A model generated the notes under the pieces. It was not told the origin of the DNA, did not search any database, and saw only the letters and a program-made list of their open reading frames with translations. This document shows, one piece after another, positions 11,850-29,800 of a stretch of DNA of 64,000 bases. The position numbers and the translations under genes are program-made. Source of the stretch: Anthoceros angustus (Eukaryota > Plantae > Anthocerotophyta); contig VJWM01000258.1 of NCBI GenBank assembly GCA_010909165.1, positions 126,603-190,602 of the forward strand, in the 5' to 3' direction. How positions within the stretch are numbered: position 1 is the stretch's first letter; every line of letters begins with the position of its first letter.

Positions 11850-12508
11850 GGCTCTCGCCTCCGCCTTTCTCTCCCAGCAGGAAACATCAGCCCTAGCACA
11901 AGCCAAGGTCTTGGTGCCCGCTGATAGATAATAAATATTAATCTTTTAGTAAAAAATTACAGCAGCCTAACGTCCACCCCATGCAATTCGTCCAGCCGCC
12001 GTCTCCTCACAAGACAAGCGCGGATCGTTGCGGCTCGATTCGCAGAGACGTCCCGCTCGCTGGCTGGACTGCAGCTGGTTTCGGACCTCTCTTTGCATTT
12101 GTTTAGTCGGGCGGATATTCCGACACACACACACATGTGTTAGAGCTCAGATGCCTTCTACTTGGAACGGCGGCTTCCACTTTAGAACGCCATTTGGACT
12201 GTGCGGTGAATAATTCTGGTATGTAAGGGAGGAAGGATTGTGCTGCGTCGGGTTTTCGACTAGCTCGCTATGTCACAGCGTCTGCAGCGTGCTTCTCTCC
12301 AGAGATTGCTCAATGGATTGGAGGATGCTCGGGGAAAGATTTCTAGGTTGATTGAGGATGCTTTGGGATTGTTTGTGTGTTTGGTCAGGGTGGAGGAGGA
12401 GCACATGACCGTATGTAGGCTGAGTTTGGAGGTAAGCGCGGGGAGGCAGGAGTGTGCGAGCTGGGGTCGGCTGTGAGTGTGAATTGGAGGAAGGGAGGGG
12501 AGAGTTTC

Positions 12509-15467
12509 ATGAGCGGAGCTAGCGCAGCATGGGCGAAGCCTCTGCTGCGACGGTTACTGCGCATGGTAGCGGCTCCAGCGCCTGCGCCTTGGCTTGCGCT
12601 TGGCGTTTCCATGACTCCTCCTTGCATATCGGCGCTACCGTCTGGCGCGGCGTCTGCGGGGTGGAGGATTCGAGGACGATTTTTCCACAGGAGGTGAGAT
12701 CTCTCGTACGCCTGTGACTGGCAGGAATTTTGAGTTGTCGATGTCGCGAATGGGATGCCGGTATATGCGCAAATTGCGGTAGTGCGTTGTGGTGCACTTG
12801 TTCCAGGAGATTAGAAAATATTTTATTGCCGGGTGGAGGCTGAGTGTGGGAGGGACGTGGGAGGATCGGTGGGTTGGACAATGCGCTCTCTCACTCCCTT
12901 GGAGCTTCAATTCGGAAGCGTTGGGATGTGTTCGGCAGGGTCGGCAGGGTCGGCAGGGTCGGCAGGGTGATGCAGGCCGAGCGTGCTGAGTGATGGCGAT
13001 TCCGGCGTTGGGGTCTGATTTTGGTCTCTCGAGCAACTGTAGCATGCGGTGTGTCGGGGGATCGGTTGGGTTGTGCCCCCGCATCATTCTTGGATGGAAG
13101 GATGGTTAGGTTGCAAGATTAGGGTTGCCGTAGGCATCTGAGACTGTAATCTTCCCCTCGGTGTGTCCGCATTCCTGCGCCTGCTTCCCGTACCGGGGTG
13201 TCGTTATGTCCGCTCACTGGGAAATTTGTAGAGCCAGGCTCAGCTTTTGTGCCAAGCAGGAGTCTCTAAAGTGGTCTCACGGAAATGTTTCTGTTGCCTT
13301 GGCTCTGAGGAGAAGGTACTTGCGGGGCCTCTCACGTTTCTCCCATGCGTTACTTTTTGCGTTATCTCATGGCTTTGGGGTCTGAGCGAGGCAGCAGTTT
13401 GTGGACTGATTGCAATTTTGCACCAGGTTTGGATACCGGCCAGATACTGTCTGCTGCGAACCGCAGAACCAGATGGAGTCGCATACTTTGAGCCTCAGAA
13501 TACCTGTCTCCTATCCGCCTGATGTGGTCGTTGCCAACCCGGGGGAATTGGAGAGGAAGAAGAAGGCAATCAGGGCCGCTGGCCTGTCGACATTGCAGGT
13601 GCTCAGTTTCCTTTATGGTGTCTTTCTCTGTAGGCGGTGTAATGTCAGACACGTTCTCTTTTGCTGCTGGCATATCGGCCCCCACCTTTTGGTCCCTAAT
13701 ACAGTTGCATTGGCGCCTGTGACTTTACGTCTAGGGAGTCTCCAAGTAGTCATTGAACTTGTGTTGGGGGGTAATGCGTTTGACAAATCACCAGCTTGGG
13801 ATCTCATGGTGGGGAATCTCTTGCCTGCGTTTTGCAGGTCATTGCTGACTTTGATAGAACACTCACCAAGTATAGAGTGGATGGTAGAAGGGGCCAAAGT
13901 GAGTGAAACTTATCATTCCTGTCATGTAGTCCTAGCTCATCGTTTCTAGTGTCACGGTGGCTGCTGGACGATGTCGATGTATAGTTGTACTTGTCTCCGT
14001 TACTGCACATCAAACATTCTAAATCTACGCTGCCGTTTGTGCTGTTGGAATTGGTCCGAGTAGGTTCTCATGCCCTTCTCTGCCAAGGAAATGTGGAGTA
14101 CGATATAAAGAGGCAGCAGCTGTATGATCATTATTACCCTTTGGAGATATGCCCGACTATTCCAACTGACCAGAAAACTAACCTCATGGAAGAATGGTAA
14201 GATCTGTTGTCAATGGAATCCTTGGTGTGATTTGTGTACCATGTCTCTTGGTTGCTGACGGTCGTCATTCTGCTCCAGGTGGGAAAAGTCTCACGGTCTT
14301 CTGTTGGAGGGCGGTCTTAATTTTCGTAATATAAAGTGCTCTGTAGGAAATGCTCATATTGCCTTTCGGGAAGGCTTGTCCGAGCTATTGGAGATTCTTG
14401 ACGTAAGTGGGATTTGTCTACCGTAGGTTTGCTTTGTGTGTAGACATGTCGCTTGACTGATTGGGTCTTACTGGAATGTGAAATGTGTGTGCTGCTGAAC
14501 TTGGGAGTAAGGAACGCAGCTGACCTGTTATCGTGTTTCTTGAGCAGGCCCAAGGCGTTCCATGTCTTATTTTTTCAGCTGGCCTCGCGGACATCATTGA
14601 AGAGGTATTTCTTGCATTTTGCGTCCAAACCAAGTATGCGTGGTGCATTGTGGGAGTAGATATCCTAGTTGTGGAATTTGTGACGAGACAGATTACTGGC
14701 AGTGCCCTTGGACCAGAACAACTCACAAGCAACCGGCTTTTGGATTAGGTTATGCGTCAAAAACTGCATCGAATCTTTGCCAACATCAGAGTGGTGTCCA
14801 ATCGGATGACCTTCGATGAGTTAGGAAACCTAACTGGTTTCAAAGGTGAAGAATCAACTGAAGTGGAATTGCATCTTGTTAATCGCTAAGTTTGATTTTC
14901 TTACGCCGTTTGTTTGCATGTGCCAGGCCGTACCATTCATGTTCTGAACAAGAATGAACATGCCCTGGAGATGGCAGGGCCCCTGCACGATGAGCAAGGT
15001 CATCCTGTGGGACCTGAGAATGAGAACGGTGCCAATGTTGTGAAGGGAAGAACGAATGTGCTGCTACTCGGTGACCATCTAGGAGATCTGGGAATGTCGG
15101 ATGGCGTCAATTATGATAACCGAATTTCCGTAGGGTTCTTGTAAGTATCTCCTCCTCGTGGTCTGATTTAAAAAAGTTTGGCAGCTCAGGTCTCCCCTAA
15201 GTAACCATCTTCTTTGGCACGTCAGGAACGAAAACGTGGAGAACTGGCTGGAGACTTACAAGAAGGCGTTTGACATCGTCGTCCTGGTTTGTATCTAGAC
15301 TAGATTCATCACTCGTCTGGCCGAGGATTGCTACGTGGGTGTGTGCTGCGTTGCCAAGTATTTGAGCTAGATGCTGACAGCAGCATCTTTCGTCTCGTCC
15401 TTTCCTTGGACAGAATGATGGACCTATGGACTGCGTTGTGGAGCTGCTGGAAGAGCTGAGCGCCTGA
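12509..15467 (+). CDS. NT5C3: Pyrimidine 5'-nucleotidase / cytosolic 5'-nucleotidase III (HAD family), multi-exon; start codon tentative
   Basis: Exons encode VVANPGELERKKKAIRAAG / VIADFDRTLTKY (HAD DxD motif at 13838) / LYDHYYPLEICP / IFSAGLADIIEE / TIHVLNKNEHALEMA..NVLLLGDHLGDLGMSDG / NDGPMDCVVELLEELSA*, matching Arabidopsis At2g38680-type proteins. Confidence 0.92.
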
Positions 15468-16822
15468 CGACGGTGGAAGGCCACAATCTACGTCAGTACC
15501 TCGCTTCCTGTCCCTTGTCTCATTCCAGGCCACTCACTACTTTGAGGGAAGTCCGATTGAAAGCTACACGTCTAACACTACAGGTGTGTACGTATATTGC
15601 ACGCAGAAATTCCGTCAGGGCAGGAGCATGCTCTGAACCACTCACCAAGCAGATGCCCGAGACTGACAGACGTACCATTGCTTCACACAATCACGCAGAT
15701 GACACGGGATGTTTCTGTCCCGGCTGGCGGTGCAGAGCCGGGGAATAGGACATGCGTAGGCAGTCTATTTTTTATGTTCCGGCCCCAGTCAAAGTGAATC
15801 TCTCGTCAGGCAGTGGGGTGCCTGCAGTAGAGTCTGGTCCCTTGTCATGACGCCTGTGATGGTCCACAAGAGCGCCGTGGCGTCAGCAGCAGTAGGCTGC
15901 CAGCGCCCTTGTGTCCTTTGCAGCAGCGATGAGCTTCCAACTTGAAAGCGCGTGATGTGTGAAAAGGAGGTCCGGGTCCAGACCCCCACGCAAGTGCCGC
16001 GCGGCCTCCGGTTTGGGTGTGAGCTGGCAAACTCCGCGGCTTCTTGCTGTCGCCTTCTCCGTCGCTCACACCTCGCATGGACACGTGACCCCTTCGGTCA
16101 AGGGCTCCGGCCTCCGACGGGAGGCTGGGAACGCCTTTTCACACCAAACCACAGTAGTTTCGTCGTTGCCGTTAGCTTGGGGAAGCCCGTTGAACCGACT
16201 TGCCCGTCTTGCACTTGCGGATTCCAAAGGGTACACAGATCCCAGGAATGTGACCAGCCAATGAGCATCAAGGTTGGAGTAAATACATTACATACGTAGA
16301 TATACCAAATGTAGAAATGGAGGAGGAGGAGATCCTCAGTGGGTGATGCCCAGGTAATTTCTTAACATTAGGTGAAGAGTTAAGCTATTCAGTAACCGAT
16401 GTGCAGCTTAGTCGACATAGCTTCCTAGTTTCACAGGGGCATGTTCTCTGGTGTGTTGCGGGGTGGTGTTAATGCTTTGTAAACTCCATGTGGAGTGTAG
16501 TTACGTTTGCATTTATGCTGCCGCCAGGAAGCTTCCTGGTGGCTCTATACATTGTGTAGAGCTGTCACAGGCTTGCCAGATCTGCCGTGGGGATCGTTGG
16601 CTTGCCAGTGTGTCGTCTGGACAAGTGCCTCGCTCCGCTGCGTGCGCGTGCGAGGCCGGGTCGGCCCAGAAGGCTGGCGGTCGCTTATCTGCTAGGCACT
16701 CGGCTGCGCTGCAGTCTGTGAGGAAGAGCAAGCGCCTTGTGCTGCTCGCTCTGTGGATGCTGGATTGCTTTTCTGGTCGGGCGGGAGGCTGATTGTGTGG
16801 AGGAGGTGTGGCAGCTGCCAAG

Positions 16823-19162
<2,340 letters not shown>

Positions 19163-19328
19163 TTTGAATTGTCTGCTCGGTTCAAACAATTCTTTTGTCG
19201 ATCATTCTCAGTGGCAGTGTGAACCATTTGCTGAAGGAGGTGTTCAGAAGTCCAGAACACCATTTCCACAAGTGTCACCAGCAAAAATTTGTTGAATAAA
19301 GCCAGAGTAAACTGTGTGTATCTTCTGC

Positions 19329-22150
<2,822 letters not shown>

Positions 22151-24159
22151 TAAACTGGACATTGTAAACTTATGGTGACAAATAAACACACTTGAAACTC
22201 TTACTCGTGAGCCTTCGCACAACTGCTGAGGGATCAGTCTCAAGTGTCAGCAGACATGTTTGTCCTCCTCTTAGATCTTCCCATCAAATGCAACTGATAT
22301 GGTCCTCTCCCAAATCCCGATTCCTCCACCACGGACTGTCCACTTGCCCATTCCTCTGATCTGTCCAACGCATTGTGGAGCAGATTCTCGGGTTGTGGGT
22401 CGTGCTCCAAATAGGGTACATACTTAGAGCGTGCAGGCATGTTACCACTTCACTCACCGGAGGCATCAAAAATTACTAAAGAAATGGTGCGCAAGGATTC
22501 TTCACCTTTGTTTTACTTTCTGCATCAATTTATTCTGTTTGTGGTCAAGCCTTTTGGTAGACTAGAATGCTTGCAACGCCGAGTGTGGCAGCGTGAAGTG
22601 GGCGATTTTGGTGAAAAATATGAGGTGATGCGGAATACTAGCTGCTCTCAGCAGGGCATCCGGCAGGAAGGATGTACCTATGTACAAACAGCGTGAAAGG
22701 ATATCTCTGACCTTGCAAGTTTATGCACCTAAGCTGTGAAGACGCATAGTCTGGATACCATTCATGATTAATAAAACACTTCAACATCTCACTCTCTTAT
22801 ATCCACACTCTTTACAAGTCTCCACAAAGATCAATTGCTGACCAATCGGACCATTTAACGCAGTCTTACAATAGAGTCGTGAGGTACAGATGACAGTCTG
22901 ATCATCGTCTTCTCACATAGTTGAAGACAGATTCTCCAGGACAGCATATACTGATATCCCGATCAGAAGAATGGAAAATGTGCAATTTGGTACCATCCCG
23001 TACCAATTACGCAGCATTTCGCAAAACAACCTGTAGCGTCCTCTCATTTTCAGAGAGACCGTCTCATTCTTGGAGAGACCTTACATCGTCCTGGTTGCAG
23101 ACTTGACTTGGACATTTTATCGACCTCGATGATTTTAATTTGCAGGACACCAACGTAAAGGATAAAACTGCGGATTGTTATCTCATCCCAATCTAATACA
23201 CATGTATCAGAGTCTTGCAAAATTCATACACACTGTACACAGAAGTCGCCAATTGGATAAAGAGACTACAAAACTCAGAAATTTGAGGAAGCAAGGTGAC
23301 ATCCACAAATTCATAGCCGACTACCCACAGTCAGATTCCATTGCGTACGTCATACGAAAAAAGAACCATGAATAGTGTCTAGCACCCTGTCGGTGACATG
23401 TAGACGGAAAATTCTAATTGAAGAGGTGAACCGACTTAGAGCGCGGAGTGTGAAGATCTGGTGAGGGTGACTATTAATGACGCCGCTCGTTAGCTACGAG
23501 TAACGCAGCGTATCCATGTACAGCGTAGCGTTACACTCAGCTACCATGAAGACGACGTGAATCTATTCACAAGCTCCAGGACCATGAGTAGGAGCCAGTC
23601 AGCGAAGCTACTTCAGAGAGGAACACAAGCAAACAAGCGCAATGAAACACACCAGGCAGCACCACGATCTCAGATCTGCCCATTGGACACTTCACACAGC
23701 TCAAACGGTCCAGATCTTGACATAGAGTTACCGGACAGCAGATTCTACTTCGAGGATACCATCTGCACCTTGAGCTGATACAAGAGATCTGTAAGTTGCA
23801 GGAGGATTCCCAATTGGACCTGAACAGGCTTGAGAGAAGGACGACACCCTCCTCCCATGCCAATTTCAAGCCCAGTCAGGAGACCTCCTGCGCAGGAGAT
23901 CGGACAGATGATGCGCCGCCGTTGATGAACGCATACCAGAGCTCCAGACATGCGACAATTAAAGGCACCGCTGTGCGAGGAGCGCAAGATCAAGAAGCAG
24001 CAGAAGGCGAAGTGAGAAAGAGAAAGACCAAGACTTGTCGATCAACCAGACAAGTAGGCCTACTTATAGGACAACCGCGCTCTTTGCTTTGCACGCCCTC
24101 GCACGTACCTAACTGCCACCTCCACCGCCTGCGTGGCGCCCGAGGCCACAGTTACGCCA

Positions 24160-24205
24160 TCACCCTAACGGCCCTTAAACCCTAAACCCTACCCTAAACC
24201 TAGGT
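24160..24205. promoter_or_regulatory. Telo-box / degenerate (CCCTAAA)n cluster upstream of UTP20
   Basis: caccctaacggcccttaaaccctaaaccctaccctaaacctagg. AAACCCTA telo-boxes are established elements in promoters of plant ribosome-biogenesis genes. Confidence 0.6.
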
Positions 24206-24542
24206 AGGAAGGACGGGTGAAGGACCCATGGACTACGAGGCATATCCGCTGATTTGTAAATCAACGAGACGCATGCCTGCTATATATGTATAGTCCGTTG
24301 ACAATGGTATGGGTACATGAATGATAGAGTCTCAAGTCTGACTGCTGTCTGTGGGATTTGCAATTTTTTCAGAGGAGTATGCAGCTGCCAACCTGATGAG
24401 ATGCATGCTGCAGGGTAAGCTGGAGCTCTCAATTCATCCATCTACGCACTACCCAACTGCAACAGCTTATGGGGTCGTAATTATGAACTCTGAAGCCCTT
24501 CGAGTCGGTGCATGCTGTACAGCCTTCGAGGATGAACCTGAT

Positions 24543-26766
24543 TCTGTGCACAAGTATCTGAAGTGTTGGGTGTGAAGCTGAAATTTTCGGATTGTGGACC
24601 TCACGTGCCTCGTCGAATCATGGCGCGTGGGCCGGGGCAACCGCTCAAGAGCCTTAACAAGGGTCCTGGATCCAAGCGTTTTGTGGTACGTATGTTTCTG
24701 TTGTCCTCGTCCTCTGAAAGTAAAATTTGCCTTGGATATGGCTGAGGGAATCATATCTCACGTGGTCTTGCAACACTTTGCTGCAGTTCAAAAGCGCTGC
24801 GGAGCTGTTGGATGAGTTAGAAATCGATGTTTTTCGAAGTCTTGCTCCTGTTAAGTTTCAGCCTTCTCAGGGGTCGTCATTCTTCCATGAAAGTTTGATT
24901 GCATGGAAGGAGCTGAATGCCGCTGCGGATTTTAATGAGGTGTATCAGCAGCTTTTCCCCATCGTGCAAACCCTTCCGCAATTGCTTCTTCACAAGGACA
25001 AGATTGTCCAGGTCTTGATTGCTCATATTAAGATCGATGCAAGACTGTCTCTGGAGCCTATCCTAAGTCTGGTTTCCGACTTGGCTCGCGATTTGGGGCT
25101 GAGTTCCTTCCATTCTTGCAGCCTCTCCTGCTAGTGTATGTGGATTTGCTCCAGTTAGGAGGAGTTCGGGAGCCAGTTGTGTTAGGCCAGGTGTTTAAAT
25201 CGGTGGCCTCTATATTCAAGCATACGTCAGAGGCATTGAAGAAGGATATCCCGTTGGTTTTGACAGTTTCTCGGCCTCTAAGACTTTATTCTGAATCTCA
25301 TGTCCAAGAGTTCTCTGCTGAAGCTGTTGGATACTTGTTTCGGAGCTGCTCTCTGAAACAGCTGAGGAAAGGAATCCGACGTATCTTTGCTGAGGTGGTG
25401 CATGATATGTCTGATGAGTCAATTACAGCGTCCAGTTGGCTGTTGAGCTTCGCTATGAAGGGTCTGCAAGTTTGCATTCCAGGGCTGAGCGAGTCCTCAC
25501 CTGTATGCTGGATTCTTCTTTGGTCGGTCCATTCCTTCAGAGGCAGGCAGGAAGGAAGGCCTTGCTGAAGGCCATCTGGGGGTGTTCCTTCATCTGCTTG
25601 AAGACATTGACCGCAACAGGCTTGAGCTGCTCTGGAGTTTCGTGACTGAGCAGATACTCAAAGACTTGTCAATCATCTCTGACATTGTTGACGTACGTCA
25701 CATCAAGCTACCTGGAGCTCCACTATGTCCTTCCAGCTCTAAGTGCAGTACAGCACATGAAGATGAGCCCGCTGAGCCTGTGCTTCAATGATTCTGAGGT
25801 TGACATTGTTCAATTTAGGAGCAGGACAAGGAAACGGAGCAGGTGACTGGGGAGCCTGATGATAAGAGTTTTCACCTGACATTGCTTCTAGCCTTGCTTG
25901 CCAATATAGTGGAATTCAAGCGAGGACAATGTGTAACAGACTACAAGCCACTTATTGCCCTCGTCCCTAGACTCCTTCAGCTAAATGTCCTCTACTCGAG
26001 AACAAGAGCCCGCACAATTTCGTTTGCAGGTCCTCTTTCACTTGCAAAACTTCACCAAATGTCTCAATCAGGCTTGGCAGCTGAGATTCTGCGCTTTTGT
26101 TGGCTCTTGTAAGGAGTCATTCAACCCGGAAATACTGAGAGAGACCCTGCTCATATAGTTGTTGTTCCATTTGGGGAGTGACAATGTCTCTATCAGTAAG
26201 GGCTCATTGTTGTACTTCTTCATGTGGGTTTGTAGCCTGTCCTGAGTGAGAGGAGCCTCTAAATTGCATATGTTGGTTCTGTTGTGCAGGCTGATACCGC
26301 TTATTCGAGGATTGGTTGATCTGGGGTTGCCTCACGTTTCAACCTTTGCACCTTGGTTATTAGGTTTCCTGGATCCAAGCGTTTTGTGGACATGCATCCT
26401 GTACAGGTGCTACCGCTTGTGGTTGATGTGTGTAAGGAACTGGGTTGGCATTCTTGCCCCACCCTGCAACAGTATCCAGCTGATACAAGCGAATCGTGTC
26501 ATACCTTGTGACACTCATTGGAACAGCCGTCATGCAACTTAAGAGCCATGGAACAAGGAAATTGTCAAGTGGATGCATCCTTAACAGATCCAGCGTTACT
26601 GTGGGCTGGGCTAGAATGCTTCCATATGCATTTGCCCATGGGGAGGAACATGGAGATTTGGCCTGGGAGTATGCACCAAATTCAACAACAGGTTGTAAAT
26701 CCGCTACTGGAGAATCAGTTGATCTTAGGCTCCAAAATCTTTGCTAGGCGCAGCTCTCTGTGCACA
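24543..26766 (+). pseudogene. Tandem duplicate of the UTP20 5' region (exon 1 to codon ~LGAALCA), indel-rich
   Basis: Near-identical to 26757-29002 (ATG at 24620 vs 26834), with many 1-few bp deletions that break the frame. The junction lies on the 10-mer tctgtgcaca. Confidence 0.9.
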
Positions 26767-26833
26767 AGTATCTGAAGTGTTGGGTGTGAAGCTGAAATTT
26801 TCGGATTGTGGACCTCACGTGCCTCGTCGAATC

Positions 26834-29800
26834 ATGGCGCGTGGGCCGGGGCAACCGCTCAAGAGCCTTAACAAGGGTCCTGGATCCAAGCGTTTTGTGG
26901 TACGTATGTTTCTGTTGTCCTCGTCCTCTGAAAGTAAAATTTGCCTTGGATATGGCTGAGGGAATCATATCTCACGTGGTCTTGCAACACTTTGCTGCAG
27001 TTCAAAAGCGCTGCGGAGCTGTTGGATGAGTTAGAAATCGATGTTTTTCGAAGTCTTGCTCCTGTTAAGTTTCAGCCTTCTCAGGGTCGTCATTCTTCCA
27101 TGAAAGTTTGATTGCATGGAAGGAGCTGAATGCCGCTGCGGATTTTAATGAGGTGTATCAGCAGCTTTTCCCCATCGTGCAAACCCTTCCGCAATTGCTT
27201 CTTCACAAGGACAAGATTGTCCAGGTCTTGATTGCTCATATTAAGATCGATGCAAGACTGTCTCTGGAGCCTATCCTAAGTCTGGTTTCCGACTTGGCTC
27301 GCGATTTGGGGGCTGAGTTCCTTCCATTCTTGCAGCCTCTCCTGCTAGTGTATGTGGATTTGCTCCAGTTAGGAGGAGTTCGGGAGCCAGTTGTGTTAGG
27401 CCAGGTGTTTAAATCGGTGGCCTCTATATTCAAGCATACGTCAGAGGCATTGAAGAAGGATATCCCGTTGGTTTTGACAGTTCTCGGCCTCTAAGACTTT
27501 ATTCTGAATCTCATGTCCAAGAGTTCTCTGCTGAAGCTGTTGGATACTTGTTTCGGAGCTGCTCTCTGAAACAGCTGAGGAAAGGAATCCGACGTATCTT
27601 TGCTGAGGTGGTGCATGATATGTCTGATGAGTCAATTACAGCGTCCAGTTGGCTGTTGAGCTTCGCTATGAAGGGGTCTGCAAGTTTGCATTCCAGGGCC
27701 GAGCGAGTCCTCACCTGTATGCTGGATTCTTCTTTGGTCGGTCCATTCCTTCAGAGGCAGGCAGGAAGGAAGGCCTTGCTGAAGGCCATCTGGGGGGTGT
27801 TCCTTCATCTGCTTGAAGACATTGACCGCAACAGGCTTGAGCTGCTCTGGAGTTTCGTGACTGAGCAGATACTCAAAGACTTGTCAATCATCTCTGACAT
27901 TGTTGACGTACGTCACATCAAGCTACCTGGAGCTCCACTATGTCCTTCCAGCTCTAAGTGCAGTACAGCACATGAAGATGAGCCCGCTGAGCCTGTTAAC
28001 TTCAATGATTCTGAGGTTGACATTGTTCAATTTAGGGAGCAGGACAAGGAAACGGAGCAGGTGACTGGGGAGCCTGATGATAAGAGTTTTCACCTGACAT
28101 TGCTTCTAGCCTTGCTTGCCAATATAGTGGAATTCAAGCGAGGACAATGTGTAACAGACTACAAGCCACTTATTGCCCTCGTCCCTAGACTCCTTCAGCT
28201 AAATGTCCTCTACTCGAGAACAAGAGCCCGCACAATTTCGTTTGCAGGTCCTCTTTCACTTGCAAAACTTCACCAAATGTCTCAATCAGGCTTGGCAGCT
28301 GAGATTCTGCGCTTTTTGTTGGCTCTTGTAAGGAGTCATTCGCAACCCGGAAATACTGAGAGAGACCCTGCTCATATAGTTGCAGTTGCTCCTTCTTGGG
28401 CCGGTGCATTTGGGAGTGACAATGTCTATCAGTAAGGGCTCATTGTTGTACTTCTTCATGTGGGTTTGTAGCCTGTCCTGAGTGAGAGGAGCCTCTAAAT
28501 TGCATATGTTGGTTCTGTTGTGCAGGCTGATACCGCTTATTCGAGGATTGGTTGATCTGGGGTTGCCTCACGTTTCAACCTTTGCACCTTGGTTATTAGG
28601 TTTCCTGGATCGTTTTGTGGACATGCATCCTGTACAGGTGCTACCGCTTGTGGTTGATGTGTGTAAGGAACTGGGTTGGCATTCTTGCCCCACCCTGCAA
28701 CAGTATCCAGCTGATACCAAGCGAATCGTGTCATACCTTGTGACACTCATTGGAACAGCCGTCATGCAACTTAAGAGCCAAGTGGAACAAGGAAATTGTC
28801 AAGTGGATGCATCCTTAACAGATCCAGCGTTACTGTGGGCTGGGCTAGAATGCTTTCCATATGCATTTGCCCATGGGGAGGAACATGGAGATTTGGCCTG
28901 GGAGTATGCCGCAATTCAGCAACAGGTTGTAAAATCCGCTACTGGAGAATCAGTTGATCTTAGGCTCCAAAAATCTTTGCTAGGCGCAGCTCTCTGTGCA
29001 CATGTTAAGCTATTGGAAGGGGCGTCTGCTGCAACTTGTGCATCCCTCTTGAGCCAATTTCTTGATCTTTTGAGGAGTCATGGTGATTCTCCTCATGTGC
29101 TCGCGGCTGTTGTTGATTTCCTTCGTTCATCAAAGGAGCAGGGAGAGGGCTCCACAGTATACCCTGCAGCTCTAGGAGCAGATGCCATTGTAGGTGCTCT
29201 TGAGGCTTTGCACGTTAACCTGAGCTCTCCAGAAAAGTCTCTCCGAGTTGCAACACTGCAATTGTTAACCTACTTTGAACAGCTTGACCTGCCAGCAGAC
29301 CAGGGTAGTGATGAAAGGGCAGGTGAGGCATTGAAAGATGTCTCTCGAAATCACTCGAAGTCACGCTGTCGGGTTGTGCAGCAACTCTTGTCAGTGGAGT
29401 CCGCCCCTGCTTCTGTGGAGAATTCTCGCCAAAGTGTCCTCACACTCTCCCACATTCGAGTCGACATCTGTTCTGGACGAGTACCTCTTCCTTATGTTGT
29501 TCCCCTCGCACATGCAATGATTGGATTGATGCAGAACAGGTTTCTGCCATTATGGGATGCAGCTGCACTCTGCCTGGCAAGTCTAATTGAGGCACACAGT
29601 GCTGCTGTGTGGGACGTGTTTATTCAGCAGCTCAGTGAAACGCAGGAGTCATTTTTGCTGCAACCGAGGCACAGCGATGTGACAGAGTCTCATGAGACCC
29701 TTGTTGAGGATATATGGTCCAACTTCGATGTCTACGTCTCCAGTCGTGCTGAACACACTGCTGAGGGAAGTCTCTTGGGCATATTGATCAAAACACTGCA

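Noticed and set aside
22240-24050. Possible spliced gene on the minus strand between MIPS and UTP20 (candidate exons [18 protein letters not shown].., LFCEMLRNWYGMVP..)
   Set aside because: The candidate GT-AG exons do not join into an open frame, and no family motif is recognisable.
24160-24205. Telomere or interstitial telomeric array
   Set aside because: Only 3-4 degenerate units are present; this fits promoter telo-boxes better.
27080-27490. UTP20, MIPS and HIBCH as pseudogenes or programmed frameshift sites
   Set aside because: The breaks are single-base losses in homopolymers, and duplicate copies supply the missing base, which is typical of long-read consensus error.
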